The position numbers and the translations under genes were made by a program. Below the pieces are notes generated by a model, which searched no databases, was not told where the DNA came from, and worked only from the letters and a program-made list of their open reading frames with translations. A stretch of 63,042 nt of DNA, the filler included, from Stramenopiles sp. TOSAG23-2 (taxonomy: Eukaryota), in the NCBI GenBank assembly GCA_900128395.1. It is 54 parts of 54 records of this genome, joined end to end, with 100 filler letters (N's around TTAATTAATTAA, not from the genome) between each part and the next. Parts side by side here need not be neighbours in the genome. Positions count along the whole stretch, not along the records: positions 61,983 to 63,042 come from LT653861.1; 53 more parts are not named here. One strand, given 5' to 3'. This document shows, piece after piece, positions 61,985 to 63,042 of the stretch (its first letter is position 1; every line of letters begins with the position of its first letter).

Positions 61985-62668
61985 AATATTAAAAAAGTAG
62001 ATCTTTCAAAGTTCGATAAAGATGTTCGTGTTGAATACGATAGACCTGAACCAATCAGTAATCGCACACGCAGTAGTAGTAGTAGTAGTAGGAATGCTAA
62101 TGCTTCTACCAACCCAGCTAACATTATTTATGAAGGCTATTCATTTATTTTATCAGAAATTTCTAAAGTTTTTAAACAAGAAATAAATGAAAAGGTACTT
62201 AATGGTGAGAATGTGAAAGTTCCAAATAAAATTGGGGGTCATGAGATTAACGAGAAAGTATATAACATGCTTTTTGAATTTTGCGACGCGGCTACCAGAT
62301 CAGGTAGTCTTACAATGAAAAATGAAATCATAAACAAAGAAACGTTGAGTTCATTTTTAATTGTGGATAAGAAATACATGTTTGAATTGAAAGCTTGGGG
62401 CTATAGTAGAAAGATCAATATGTCTCATGCTTTATCGACAAAAATTACGCAAAATAATTTGTCGATATTTTTATCAGCGTGTTATTTGAATGGGAAGGAA
62501 CTTGTGTCTATTGAATTCAAAGATCGAATTTTCGGTTATATGAATGCCAACAGAAGGTGTTTTGACGGGTTGGAATTATCCACTTTGCCAGTTCCTAGGA
62601 GTGTTTTAGGTGAAATTATCGAGACTGTAAAGTGGTCCACAAGCAAGAAGCGTAAAAGATTCTGTTAA
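61985..62668 (+). CDS. Unknown protein, C-terminal fragment
   Basis: Frame open from the contig edge to TAA at 62668; basic C-terminus. Confidence 0.55.
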   Translation, partial: NIKKVDLSKFDKDVRVEYDRPEPISNRTRSSSSSSRNANASTNPANIIYEGYSFILSEISKVFKQEINEKVLNGENVKVPNKIGGHEINEKVYNMLFEFCDAATRSGSLTMKNEIINKETLSSFLIVDKKYMFELKAWGYSRKINMSHALSTKITQNNLSIFLSACYLNGKELVSIEFKDRIFGYMNANRRCFDGLELSTLPVPRSVLGEIIETVKWSTSKKRKRFC

Positions 62669-63042
62669 TGTTAAAAAATAAAAAAATATGGCATATATAG
62701 TAAATATATATGATATGTCATATATTTACGAGTAAAAGAAATTTATAAATAAATATACTCGTATGAGTAAAAGAGAATTAAATAATGTGTTATGCACAGA
62801 TGTTTTATAAAGAATAATACGAAAAATGGAAAAAAAAATGGAGAGGAAACACAAAAGTAAAAAAACAAAAAGGGAAAAAGAAGCATATTTTTACACACAT
62901 ATTACGTGTGTGTGTTAATATTTTTTATGTTATACTCGTATTACTGAAGCGTTCGGTAAAAACTCTCACACAACAACACTTTTTTTCTCTAGAACAATTT
63001 AGGCCTCTTATTTGCACTACCATCAGTAGTGCCATCATCTAT

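Noticed and set aside
934-62124. Numerous short ORFs rich in Y/I or ending in X...LIN
   Set aside because: These are products of (TA)n tracts, antisense shadows or read-through into N linkers.
1-63042. tRNA/rRNA/snRNA genes
   Set aside because: No recognisable T-loop, rRNA or U-snRNA signatures found by eye. The ATACTTACC at ~41497 is the reverse complement of an intron donor, not U1.

Overview
This window is not a contiguous locus. It is 54 unrelated short contigs, sorted by length from 1076 down to 1060 bp. They are joined by an artificial 100-bp linker (N44-TTAATTAATTAA-N44, stops in all six frames), so adjacency across linkers means nothing. Most contigs come from an AT-rich eukaryote with poly-Asn tracts and GT-AG introns with CTAAC branch points; a marine heterotrophic protist single-cell or metagenome assembly is my inference. 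One GC-richer contig looks foreign. Recognisable gene fragments include a lipocalin, REJ/EGF and PKD2-type polycystins, ORC4, a PKA-like kinase, MPP10, GORAB, NIPA, ALDH, a MET10/PNO-type diflavin reductase, a PIWI-clade Argonaute, ankyrin and LRR families and a spliced SMIM15-like gene. Mobile DNA includes a Ty3/Gypsy RT, an internally deleted IS630/Tc1 transposase and several MITE-like inverted-repeat elements. The standout is at 27583-28084. A Pmp-like beta-helix exon is followed by a tandem array of near-identical ~100-bp introns (GTAAGT...TACTAAC...TAG) separated by single-codon 3-nt microexons (GTT, AAT, GCT, TAT). This is a candidate codon-by-codon alternative-splicing diversification system. 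Many contigs also show chimeric junctions, small deletions or duplications typical of amplification or assembly artefacts.
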